Source: Octopus sinensis (Eukaryota). From it: DNA of 64,000 nucleotides. Below, piece by piece: positions 49,601-61,165 of this stretch. Each line of letters starts with the position of its first letter. The first letter of the stretch is position 1. The DNA lies in contig NC_043001.1 of the NCBI RefSeq assembly GCF_006345805.1, positions 40,052,001 through 40,116,000 of the forward strand. Reading direction: 5' to 3'. Position numbers and translations under genes: made by a program. Below the pieces are notes generated by a model. It made no database searches and was not told where the DNA came from. It saw only the letters and a program-made list of their open reading frames with translations.

Positions 49601-52600
49601 TATAACTTGGTCCATAATAAGGTATGTGAAACCATATAATATAATTTCTAGATGCTGTCACTGCTCCAAGGAATCCTTGTCTGTTCTGTGGACTAATGAG
49701 AAGATCGTTAATAGAATTTCTGAAAGATTCTCAAGATGCCCACACACATATAAATGTATTTTTGCACAATGCAGTGGGAATTAATTTACATAACTGTTAA
49801 CATAATTTATTTTAAGGTATGGATGAATTAAGTTTACTTTTAACCTCCCCATTCGTATAAACACCAAGTAGATATTTAACTCACTTTGTGATCATGAGTA
49901 CACCAAACTACACGTGCATATGCTAACATTTTCGCGAATGCTTGTATGAGTGAGTATACACACACCATGCAGCTTGTGTGAGGGCATTTATACGTCCATA
50001 CTTCTTAACGATTATTTTCAATACTTTCCTCACTGTATTGCATGTTTGTTTCTTTTTTGAATCTGTGATTTTATTTTTTATCGTCTATGTAAATGAAGAT
50101 ATTTCCTTTGCTGCATTTCTTTCTACAAAATGTGGAGATACATTGTGAAACTGTTATTTTAATGAGTTGTGTCTATTTATCTCCTGATGAGACACATCTG
50201 CACTGCTGGATGCTCTTGAACTAGTTGTTGAGTGTCCCACCCATGTGGGATCGATGCATCCTTGCGGGTGCTGCATAATTGCACCAGTGCTGATGGCATG
50301 TAAAAATCATCCAGCACACTATAAAGTGTTTGGCATTAGAAAGGGCATCCAACCATAGATACTATGCCAAAGCAAACAATTGGAGTCTGGACAGCTCTCC
50401 AGCTGGTCAGCTCCATGTCAAACTGCCCAACCCATGCCAGCATGGAAAGCATACATTAAATGATGATGACAATCATCATCATCATTGTTTAAGGTCATGA
50501 CAGTTAAGTTCCTGTGACTTTTTATTGTTTTTTCTTGTATCGTTTTGTTAATTGTAGCTGCTGTTTACCGCCCCACACTTCTTTCTTTCCTCCAGCTTGC
50601 ACAAGTATTATAATGTTGCTGATAGCACAATGATCCTACAAGAACAGATTGAAGCATGCAGTATATAATTTGTACGTGATATCCTGTCAGGCTATTGGGC
50701 GATCATTTTTAGGAAGTATGGTTTGACAATTTTTGAGGATGATGAGAATAGCTACAGTTGATAACCATTGAGGCAACTCTAACATGCTCTTGATACTTTG
50801 TCCATACAATTGAGATCTTGCTGATAAAAGGTGAAATTCTTCAGCCAGTAACCTGTAGTTGTGAGTTATTATTTCAGTTAGTGCAGTTTGGAGTTTAGGT
50901 TTTTGACTCCTTTATCAACAAATTGTCTCTCTAGTTTTCTTTCTGTGGTCTCCCTGATGTTGTGTGAAGTTGTTCTCTGTGTTACATTTCATAATTACAA
51001 TGATCTGTGAGATACTTTTTGAAGGAATAAAATTTTATTTTTTAAATTATGTGCCCATGTTAGTTCGGATCGTCTGCTTGAATCTCTACTCCATAGTTTC
51101 AGCTCTTTGTGATATGCTAGTAATGTAATAGCTGAGGCATGTACCAAAAGGTTAATGCTTTTGAAGGTTGTTTTCATACCTCCAGACTGTTTGCTGTTTC
51201 ATTTACTACCTTTCTTTCTTTCTTTCTCCAATTATGCTTTGCATTGTATAGGGAGAAGGCAGAGAGAGTAAAAGTGAGCTATAGCGAAAGATAACATAAG
51301 AGGTGCAGGATGAGTGGCAGGTAATGAGAAAAGGAACACTATAAACACATACAGTGAGAAAGACAGAATTATAGAAACATTATCCCTAACATTTTATTTT
51401 CTACTGAACTTTCTCATATCTTTCATCAATGGCCTCCTCCACCTTTTTTGTTATTATATCTACCTCTATGTGCCTCTGATCTTCATTTCTGTCATTGTAT
51501 ATATTCTCTCTCCCTCTCTCTCTCTCTCCCACACTTTACATCATCTCCCTATTTCTCATGTATCTACAGTGCTATTGTAATGTTCCACTCTATCTCCTCC
51601 CTTTTATATATTGCCACTTATCACTTTCTCCTCCCTGACCCACCCCTATTTTCATTTACCTTCCCCCCCTCAAACTGAGATTTACTATTGACCACACCTC
51701 CACCCTTATTCATCAATCACTGCATTCACTACTATAACCATCTCTAACCGATTGTTACTCTACCTTCATATTTTCATGAACCTGCCCACTCACCCATCTT
51801 CAATTCCTGATATCATTCTCCCTTTATTCACCCTCTTGTACCTTGAAGGTATGCCTTGACACCTCATTTCCCCCTTTTCCCTCTCCAACAGGAGTAACCA
51901 AGCAGCTCCTCTCCAGCAAATCAACTGTTCCTGTCTCTCTATCATACTTTGGCCTCTCAACACTTGGCGCAAAAAACACCTCTCTCAATACTGTACCTCC
52001 ACTCAGACAAGGGTCTTGTTTTGCAAGTTACTTCATGATCTCACTAGTGAAAGTGTCACAAAAAATAGTACCCACTACATTCTGTAAAGTGGTTGGTATT
52101 AAGAAAGACATCAAGACTTAGAAGTCATTCCAAAGCAGACATTGGAGCTCAACTCAGTCCTCTAGCTCATCAGATTCTGTTGAACTATCCAATCTATGCT
52201 AGCATGATGATGATGACAATGACGATGGTATTGGCAATGATGATGACATCACTTCCATTATCATCGTTGTTGTATAAGGTATCAGCTCAGATGTGCAGGA
52301 GAGATGATTTCATTGACATTATGCTGTGTACCAGACATATCCTACCCTTGTAAGCATGGAACATTGATGGCAGTAAGAGAATAAATACAGGTATGTGTAC
52401 TTTATCTGCAACTATAAATTAGTAAACGTTTTTTTTTTTTTTCTACCTGTCTCTTCAGGTGTTACAGCTCAGTCATTTGTCCAAGCATATACTTTAGCAG
52501 CAACCAATTTTACAGTCCAGCTTGCAACTCCTGAAGTAAGTGTGAATCAATATATAAGCATTTGTTTGCATTTAATATGATGAATCATCATCATCATCGT

Positions 52601-55600
52601 TTAGCGTCCGTTTTCCATGCTAGCATGGGTTGGAATATTCTTTCATAAAATGTTATTCTAGCATGCAAAATATAATTAAATAAACAAGTTCAATTTTATC
52701 TTGAACGTTCTTTGACACATTAAAAGGTATTTTTTTTTATAGTGTTAGTCTTAAAATATCTTGTAGTGATACAGTTTTACAATTGGGTATCTATAGTAGA
52801 ATATACACTATTGAAAGTTCTTGGTTCAATTACATGTATTTCTATTTCACAAGATTTTGCATCATGCAAAAATTAGTTTAATTCTAACTTATATTCAGAA
52901 GGCATATAAGAGGATTCTATTCTCTTTACTCAAGCATTTCCTCTTTCTAGGGCAAACAGTCTGAATTTATTGATCAAGATGAACACAACCGGAGGTGGTT
53001 TAATGAATTTCGTTCAAAATCGGCATCAACTCCCATATCTCTAGAATCTGTCGATGGTAAGTATGCTAAATTATTTTCATCTTTTTTTTTAATTAATGTT
53101 ACCTCATTTTATACTTAGCTTTATATAGAGACATGAAAAAATTAGTTTAGAGAAGAATGCTCTGTATTGAATAATTGCTTTTAAACATTTAAATTTTATT
53201 ACTTTGCTTCCCAATCACATGGTTCCCACTGTGTGGCACCTTGGGCAAGTGTCTTCTTCTATAGCCTCAAGTCGACCAAAGTCTTGTGAGTGGATTTGGT
53301 AGACAGAAACTAAAAGAAGCTCATCATATATATATGTGTATATATATATATATGTATGTCTGTGTTTGTTATTTGTGTCTGTGTTTGTCCCCGCCACCAT
53401 CACTTTACAACTGATAGTGATTCGGCAAAAGAGACCAATAGAATAAGTACTAGGCTTACAAAGAATAAGTCCTGGGGTCAATTTGTTCGACTAAAGATGG
53501 TGCTCCAGCATGGCCACAGTCAAATGACTGAAACAAATAAAAGAATAAACTATTTGTCTTGATATTTGTACAATCATGAGAATATCTTGTTTGAATTATT
53601 GTAATTAATCAATTGTCACTTGTCACTTCAAATTTTTCCAATGATAATGACAAAATTGTTGCATGACATTTAGGGAACCTCCAGATAATTGCTCATCTTG
53701 TTTGAATTAGTAGCCAAATCTCTCTTAAATCACTTTCTACTCTTTCTAGAAGAAGGAAAGATACACTGGATAATGTATTTTTAGATACCCTGTTTGGGAA
53801 AAAAGATGGCTGTATCCTCTTGATCAATGCAGATTTAGAGCAACAAAACTTTCACTCTTTATAACCTAATAATACCCATTTTGATTCTTGGTCAACAATT
53901 AAGCAGTAAAATACCTGACTGACTCTTACTTATCACTTAATTCAAATTCTAGCTGAAAGTTGATACTTAATTCTTTTGCTAATTACAATGTAATTCGCAA
54001 ATAATATATAAAATGTATAGAAGATGGAGAATGTTAGTGTTTAAAGAGTTTTATATGAGCAAGGTAGATTCAAATAAAGTGAGAGAAATTTATTGGATAA
54101 ATTTCTCAATATTAAGACTAAAACAACTTTCTAAATTTCAGTGTTAATCAATGATAATTGATAGAATTCAAAGATTTCAGTTGTGATGAGCATCGAAAGA
54201 AGTCATTTCTATAAATAATATATAAACTGTGGAGAAGCAAAATCTAATCCTTCTATCTTTAATCTATTTCAGCAAATCGATATGCTGCTCTTCTCATTCC
54301 ACCTGCACCTGGTGCTGTTAATGATTTAGCACACAACAAAGATCTTGCTGATATCCTGAACTATTTCATCCAGGAGAAAAGTAAGTGGTCTTAATGTATA
54401 TAATTTTAATAAACTCATAAAAGTATAAAGAGTTAAGTTTATTTTAAATTTTAATTTCAACTAATATCAAGTACTTAAAAAATCAATATTTGGTGTTGGT
54501 CAAAACTTAAGTACTCAAGCATGAAAGAAAACCAAATTCATGTTTATGTGTGTGTGTATGTATGTATGTATGTATGTGTGTGTGTATGTATGTATGTATG
54601 TATGTATGTATGTATGTATACATGCATGCATACATACATACATACATACATACATCTATCCATCCATCCATCCATCCATACTTTTATAAGACCCCTGGCA
54701 GTTTGCTGTGCTTGAGAAGACACATCAAGCTAAATAAAATCATGGCTTTCCTAATTTTGTGGGGTCATGGGTGCTGGTGCCACATAAAAAGCACCTGTAC
54801 CAAAGCCACATAAAAGCACTCTTGTCGGTGCAGTGTGAAAGCAACCAGCACACTCTGTTAAGTGGTTGGCATCAGGAAGGGCATCCAGCTGTAGAAACCA
54901 TGCCAAAACAGACATGGAGCCTGGGCAGCTTTTCAGCTGGCCAGCTCCTGTCAAACTGTCCAACCCATGCCAGCATGGTAAACATATGTTAAATGATTTT
55001 ATGTCTGCTTTCCATGCTAGCATGGGTTGCAAGCTGGCCATATCCAGACCAAATATTCTGCATGCTTTATGTTCAAACTAACCAGATCAGGCCTCTCACA
55101 CCTACCCTACAATGTCATTCTAAAAGTAAACAACCACATCATCAAAATCTTGAAGCTATGAGATAATGTGTGATTAATTCAAAACAATATGAATAAATAA
55201 GCAGTACATTTGACAGAGAAATTTGAATGCTAAAGATTTAATGTCAGTCTTGCAGATCTTTACAAAATATCCTTTTAATTAACAATGTTTCAAAACTTGA
55301 AACATCATTAAATCAGTAGTATTGAAGCAAAATATCCATTTTTCAGTGTTCTTTGCTATGCATGTCATGTCTCAAGCAATGTAACATATTCATTTCAAGC
55401 TAGAAATGGGAGATGTGAAGTCCATGTCTTGTTTGTCATTAACAAATAGCTACAACCAAATAGTCACAACTGTGATTTTCAAGTTTATGTACATGTACTT
55501 ATATTTCTTTAATTTTTATGTTATTGTAGAACCAATCTGTGCCATTGGTATGGGTGTTGCAGGACTTTGTCCTGCAACACTGAAAACCAAATCTAACAAC

Positions 55601-58600
55601 AGCTACTGGAATTTTCAAGATTACAGCATGACTGGCGTAAGAAATAACAAATTGTTCTTATTTTCACTTAATTTAATGGGCATCACATAATTAGATTTCA
55701 TATTTTGTGTTTAAGTTCAATTGCAATTTTGGTTTCCTAGTAACTCTTTGAGTTGTAGTGATATATTTGTTTTTAGAGTTTGATTTCATGTTGTAAATTA
55801 TAAAAACTGAATATAAATATTAATGAATCACTGCTAAGTATATAATTCACTCAAACTCCGATAAAAAAAAAAGAACATTTGTGATTGCTAGCGCTTTTTC
55901 TCCATTCTTCAGATGCACAATATTTGTCTCTGATCACCTTGAAATAAATCCCACACCCATTTTATGTTTGGTAACTGGAATAAAGAAAGACATCATGCTA
56001 TAGACACTTGTTTTCACAACTGATATCCATTGACAAAACCATCATCTACCTCTTCTTATATTTGAAAATTATGAGTGTTTAAAAAAATCATCTATTATTT
56101 AAAAGTGGTAAAAATGGAATTCCTATTTAGGCACTTAATAGTTCTTGTTAATATTTATAACCTATTTAGATGGAGACTTGATATAAATATCAACTTTATG
56201 AGACATGGATTTTGAAAAGGAGTTTATTGCCCATTTTATAATGCAATGTTGATTTTCACAGATTCAAAACTATAATATATTGTTCTTATTTTGATCTGGA
56301 AGTTAATCAGCCATATTTGAGCTCATAATTTTAATACTTTATTTTTAACTTACTTCATTCATTTATTTTCTGTCTAAGAAGACAGGTTTGTTTTCAGAGC
56401 TCGTTCTGGTCCTCTTTATGATTTTAAAAGTTCGTTCTTGTGACAAATAGAGGAACAGGTAAAAGCATTGGTAAGACATGTGACAATTGTTGCTAACCCC
56501 TGTGGAAAATCCAACTGGAAGTTGATGATTTTAGGTAGGCTACTCATAATCCTGAGCTCACTGATGATGGGTGTCCATCAGACACTGAAGAAGAAAGAGA
56601 TACAGAACTTTGTATCACCTGAATGGGCAATGTCTCAAGGTTTTAAAAATATAGTTGTTTAACTCTAGTGAGAAATCTTCCTTAATAGTTAGGAAAGCTT
56701 CCACATTTGCATGTTTTTGATATGAAAATTTTGTATTTTGATTAAATTATTTTTACTCTTTTACAGCCTTCTGTGTTAGAGCTTGCTCGTAATGCTGATT
56801 TTGCAAATTTACCCATTGTACCTGAAGATTTCATTAAAGACAATGGTGCCAGTTACAGCAGTAGGTATTTATGTCAGATTATCTAAACACAAGCAAACTA
56901 ACAAGGTTTTACATTAGTGTAAAAACTGAGATTCACAGGAGAAGGGGAAAGAGTGTTTTATGATACTTTGTATATTCTCTGGAACATTAGCAACATTGTG
57001 AAACTGTTTTGAGAATCAAAGCTCCATCTATTGCACCATGCCACATTTTATCAACAATTGCTCTAATTAAAATAGTGTTGGACGTGGTCCTTGAATGTGG
57101 AACATTTGTGACAGCTATAAAGAAATAAAAGGAGTGTGTTCTACTGGATGTGCAATATTAGTGGGCATAAATGATAGAGCACAAATGAGCTGATGAGTGA
57201 AAAGCTGGAGAGAGAAGATAGTGCTGGTATGGGTATGTGATGTGTATGGAGGATGTCAGATATATAAAGAATTGCTGAGTGCTTGATGTGGTTGAAACCT
57301 GCAGAAGAAGGAAATCTAGGAAGACATGAATTTTATGAAGAAGTTGACAAGTAGCAAGATACAGTTGCTAACCCCTGTGGAAAATCCAACTGGAAGTTGA
57401 TGATTTTAGGTAGGCTACTCATAATCCTATTCAACTCATAATTCCTTTTCAACAAGTGTGGTATCAAATCTGCATGTTGAGCGCCCTTACCATCACCCTT
57501 TGTTACTGATAGCCATCATTCTCTTCTTTCTGTGATTCCTCATTGATAGCTACTGCTCTTGTTTACCTTTACCCATCCACTAATGCAAGCATAGGAAAAT
57601 GGTCATTATGGTACTGGTAATGGAAATTAAGATGCATGTTATATCTACATTGTATCTTTCACTTATGATATCCCTGTTAAGTTCCATCTGCTATATTTAT
57701 CAATATTTTATCTATCACTCACCATTTCTCTTATTCACTGTACACTGTCTACCTATCAAGGAATAGGCATTTGATCTATCCATATATGTACAATTCCTCT
57801 GACATCATCATTTATCCCTCCATCTCTCTTCAACCATCATCCTCTATCACTCTACTATGCTTCTATCAAGATTCCTATTCAACAAGAGTGGTATCAAATC
57901 TATGCATGTTGAGCACCCTTACCATCACCCTTTGTTACTGATAGCCATTATTCTCTTCTTTCTGTGATTCCTCATTGATAGCTACTGCTCTTGTTTACCT
58001 TTACCCATCTCTATTGTTTTTCATCACTCTCCCTCTCTCACCATCATTCGTCTTTATCCAATTATGCTGCTCATGCTATTTTCTACTCTGTCTCCTTGCC
58101 AACATGTAGCTATCATTGTCTCTCCCCCATTATTCCATCTCTCCCCACCAAAAAACATCCTTTCACTCTTCTCACTCTGTTTCCTCATCACATTCACAGT
58201 CATAATTTCTCTGCTATGATCCTTATAGTCATCATTCTCTCTTTTAACCATCCTCTTGGTCGCATTGCTTTAAAAGAATAGAGACAATGTAGGGAGGATT
58301 ATTTTGTCTTGCAGGATCAAGAGAGCCTCTCAGTCTGTAGTACTGGTGCTACAATACAATGCACCGAGTACATTATGTATGGTTAGTGTTTGAAAGGATA
58401 TCTAACCATTGTGACCTTCAACCCATTATGGGAGTAGTAACTCTATGATATGGCTTTGACCATGACAACCCATCCAACAAATGGAAAACAATTATTAAAT
58501 GATGATGTTGATAAAAATGTATGGTTTCTTATAACATTTTTTTTTCATCTGAGATAACAGAAACGTTTTATACAAAGAAAATAATCTAAATTTATTCAAC

Positions 58601-59944
58601 TAAAATTTCATGTCAGTTTATACAACTGAATGTTCTCTCTTCAGATTATTTTGACTTTTAGCTCTAGATTCACATGACTACTGGTTACAAAATATATATT
58701 TTGAAAATATAGTTTGAAAACATTTTTATGGTATTGCTTACATCACAAAACAACAATTGATATAATCTTTATAACGATTAAAGAACTGAAACTAGTTTTG
58801 CCAAATTTCATTAATTTCTTATTTCTGTTGGAAGATCATTTGCACTGATCAAGTTAACTTATCGTCTATGTTGTATCCACCAAAAGAAGCTTCAATCATG
58901 TACAAAGGTTGCTACATGTACTTAATAAATGTATAGCACAGTGTGTATGGAGCAAAGTGAAGTATGGCACTCAGTTGGCTACTCTTTGTCAAAGTTTTAA
59001 TTTAGAAGTACAACGCAATAAGTTCCCGAACTACTTTTGTAGTGCACCAACACATGGCAACACATGGTTGCGTGCACAATGAGAGCTAGCAGTGACCTCT
59101 ATGAGGCAGTATGCTGAGTGACATTGCTGTGGTTACTTCACAAGTTGTGAAATTTGTATTTTATGATCACATGTATGCTGTAGTCTGCAATTTTCTCATG
59201 AACAGGAATAAAGAGCCAATGTGAAATTTTGTGTTAAACTTGGGAAATCTGCTACAGAGACATTGAGCATGCTTTGGCAAGCTTATGGTGATGAAGCAAT
59301 GAATTGTACACAATGTTTCAAGTGGCACATGTGTTTCAAAAGCAGGAGAATGTCCCTGGAAATGTGGTATTGTTCATCAAGAATTTGTCCCCCAGGGCCA
59401 AACCATCAATCAAGAGTTCTACTGTGATGTTTTGAAGCGTTTGAGGGAGGATATTCAACGAAAGTAGCCAGATCTGTGGAGTTGTGAAGAATTGGATTCT
59501 TCATGATGACAATGCACCTTGCCAGCAAGCTCTCCTCACTCATGAGTTTCTTGCTAAAAACAGAATGGGATCACATGATGTTATGATGTCTCTTTGCTAA
59601 CCAGAGCTACTAAGCAAAACTAACCTTTTCTACCTATTTGCTGAATATTGGAGAATCAGTTAGCTCAATAGAAAAATATTCATATGATTAAGTTCTTTTG
59701 GTCATTAAGTCTTAAAAATAATTTTCTTCTGTGACTCGGAGAATAAAAGACATGTTTAGATTATTTTCTTTGGAAATCTAAAAATCATTGCAATTGTTCT
59801 ATTAACTCTTTTAAATCTTTTTTTTCAGGCAGTGAGTGTGATGCTATACACATCATTGTTGACCGACATCTTGTTACTGGGCAGAATGTCCAGTCAACCC
59901 TTATAGCAGTTCAGAACCTGATCTTACTATGTAACCAGAAGTAA
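46574..59944 (+). CDS. GATD1: Glutamine amidotransferase-like class 1 domain-containing protein 1 (PDDC1, FERRY subunit Fy-5), 7 coding exons, 660 nt, 219 aa: join(46574-46625, 52459-52535, 52951-53056, 54273-54380, 55530-55636, 56767-56860, 59829-59944)
   Basis: Exons join in frame with canonical splice sites (phases 1,0,1,1,0,1). The protein matches GATD1 throughout: CLLVLS..GV.AQSF...TLA...F.VQLATP.GK..EF; RY.ALLIP..PGA..DLA; KPICA.G.GVA.LC; GPSV.EL.R; EDF.KD.GA; DA.H...[18 protein letters not shown]. Confidence 0.93.
49060..50235 (+). mobile_element. Penelope-like element 3 (Naiad/Chlamys-like GIY-YIG), 3' fragment in GATD1 intron 1
   Basis: ORF 49311-49784: [16 protein letters not shown]...LVYKCTV...YTGQT..SFK..YHNH..SFK......T.L...VWQLK...W.I......C..C.KE; followed by a 3' UTR ending in a hammerhead-like motif. 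Confidence 0.75.
50180..50233 (+). ncRNA. Degenerate hammerhead motif at the PLE3 3' end
   Basis: CTC-CTGATGA-gacacatc tgcactgctg gatgctctt-GAA-CTAGT-T-gttGAG; one core A is missing; palindromic ACTAGT stem III. Confidence 0.45.
50290..50470 (+). mobile_element. SINE family C (RTE-type tail ending in TGA repeats)
   Basis: agaaagggcatccaacc.taga.actatgccaaagca...caacccatgccagcatggaaa...ttaaatgatgatga; further copies at 54690-54995 (+), 61870-62015 (+) and 52587-52635 (-). Confidence 0.75.
52459..52535 (+). CDS. GATD1: GATD1 coding exon 2: [26 protein letters not shown]
   Basis: ctcttcag|GT ... GAA|gtaagt, 77 nt. Confidence 0.95.
52951..53056 (+). CDS. GATD1: GATD1 coding exon 3: [35 protein letters not shown]
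   Basis: ctctttctag|GGC ... GAT G|gtaagt, 106 nt. Confidence 0.95.
53205..53545 (+). mobile_element. SINE family A in GATD1 intron 3
   Basis: catggttcccactgtgtggcaccttgggcaagtgtc ... ggtgctccagcatggccacagtcaaatgactgaaac. Confidence 0.85.
54273..54380 (+). CDS. GATD1: GATD1 coding exon 4: [36 protein letters not shown]
   Basis: tctatttcag|CA ... AAA A|gtaagt, 108 nt. Confidence 0.95.
55530..55636 (+). CDS. GATD1: GATD1 coding exon 5: [36 protein letters not shown]
   Basis: ttattgtag|AA ... GGC|gtaaga, 107 nt. Confidence 0.95.
56767..56860 (+). CDS. GATD1: GATD1 coding exon 6: [31 protein letters not shown]
   Basis: ctttttacag|CCT ... AGC A|gtaggt, 94 nt. Confidence 0.95.
57200..57330 (+). 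mobile_element. RTE LINE 3' fragment
   Basis: WYG.VM.MED....K.C..L.V...CRR...RKT resembles the RTE C-terminal RLRW.GHV.RM...GRP.KTW motif. Confidence 0.45.
59010..59580 (+). mobile_element. Internally deleted mariner transposon in GATD1 intron 6
   Basis: [27 protein letters not shown]....FKWH..FK (HTH domain) fused to [22 protein letters not shown]...WILHDDNAP. Confidence 0.85.
59829..59944 (+). CDS. GATD1: GATD1 coding exon 7: [38 protein letters not shown]
   Basis: ttttttcag|GC ... AAG TAA (59942-59944). Confidence 0.95.
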
Positions 59945-60539
59945 TTTATATCTCATTTCTCAAAGAATCAACCAAAATCATGAAACTCCTCTGATTCCAT
60001 ATGGACTATCTTTTCATCATTATGTTTTCCATACAAAATTATAATTACTGGAAACCAAAAGTATGTTTTAAAAAATATTAATGCTGTTTTCACAATACAG
60101 CCATGTATATGAGTTTATTTTTGAAGACATAAAATATCTTAATTATAATTGTTACTTTTTTTTTGTGACGAAAGAACAAATTTCAGTGTTTGTTTTCAGC
60201 TTTGCAACTTTTTTTTTTTTTCAATGAAAGGTAGAGCCTGATGAGGAGCTCTCAATACGTATGCATCATAGTCTTTCCTTCACTGTGAGAGAGAAACCTT
60301 TTATTGTCAACAGAGGTATTTGAACTTTTTCCATCTCTTCCTTACTCTGGTTTCTATAATTCTGAAATATCCACTTCTATATCTGATTAGATCTCCAAGA
60401 TAACAGAAGCTCTCAACTACTGGGCAACTGAGAAATTTCATTCTCCTTGTTTGTTGCCACTGTTACATATGAAATCTTTCTCTATAAGACTGATTGATAT
60501 CCCACTACACTTTTTGTGTATTCAATATTTGCATTAGCT

Positions 60540-60680
60540 AAGGCAGCAAGCTGGCAGAAACGTTAGCATGCCAGGCAAAATGCTTAACAGTATTTCATCT
60601 GTCTTTACGTTCTGAGTTCAAATTTGCCAAGGTCAGCTTTTCCTTTCAGGGTCAATAAATTAAGTACCAGTTGCATAGAG
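60540..60680 (+). mobile_element. SINE family B, downstream of GATD1
   Basis: ggcagcaagctggcagaaacgttagcatgcc.ggc.aaatgctta..ctttacgttctgagttcaaatt..gggtcaataaattaagtaccag. Confidence 0.8.
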
Positions 60681-60779
60681 TAGAAAAGAATATTTGCATT
60701 AGCTACTAAATATAGATTCCCTAACTCATTTTTGGCATAACCACTTAGATAGCAGTACTCTTCTTTTCTATTTTCTGCT

Positions 60780-61165
60780 AACTAAAATTTTTGCCTTTGA
60801 TAAATTTATCTCTAGACCTCTCAGTCCTTGCTTCCACATTAAGAACTTTCCCTCTAATTCGTCTTATCTAGCTATGAGAACTAGATCATCAGCATACAGT
60901 GGGTCCTACGGGCATAATTAACAGGAAGACACTAAGATTTAAGCCTTGATAAACACAACTACTTCCCTTACAAATTACTTACTAAACTTGCTAGCTCTTA
61001 CTAATAGCACCCTTAAACATGGCTTGCATGGTTCTCACAAGCCATTCCTCTACCTCAACTTTACCAAACTCCTCTTACTGAATAAGACCCTCAAACTCAC
61101 ATTCTTTCTAGAGATGATTTCTATCAGTATTGGCCTCTTTAAAGAAAAAAATGCTTTCTTTGATA
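60780..61165 (-). mobile_element. RTE LINE RT fragment
   Basis: Minus-strand LYADDLVLIA at about 60870-60900 and a KAF-like motif near 61155. Confidence 0.65.

Noticed and set aside
49311-50180. Selenoprotein-type Naiad element (UGA-Sec plus SECIS)
   Set aside because: The conserved Cys positions are TGC/TGT, not TGA, and no convincing SECIS could be folded by eye; SECISearch on the family consensus would settle it
60238-60244. Other CTGATGA heptamers (also at 14734, 15499, 56561 and 57190)
   Set aside because: No stem II followed by GAAA and no stem I complementarity, so these are chance matches
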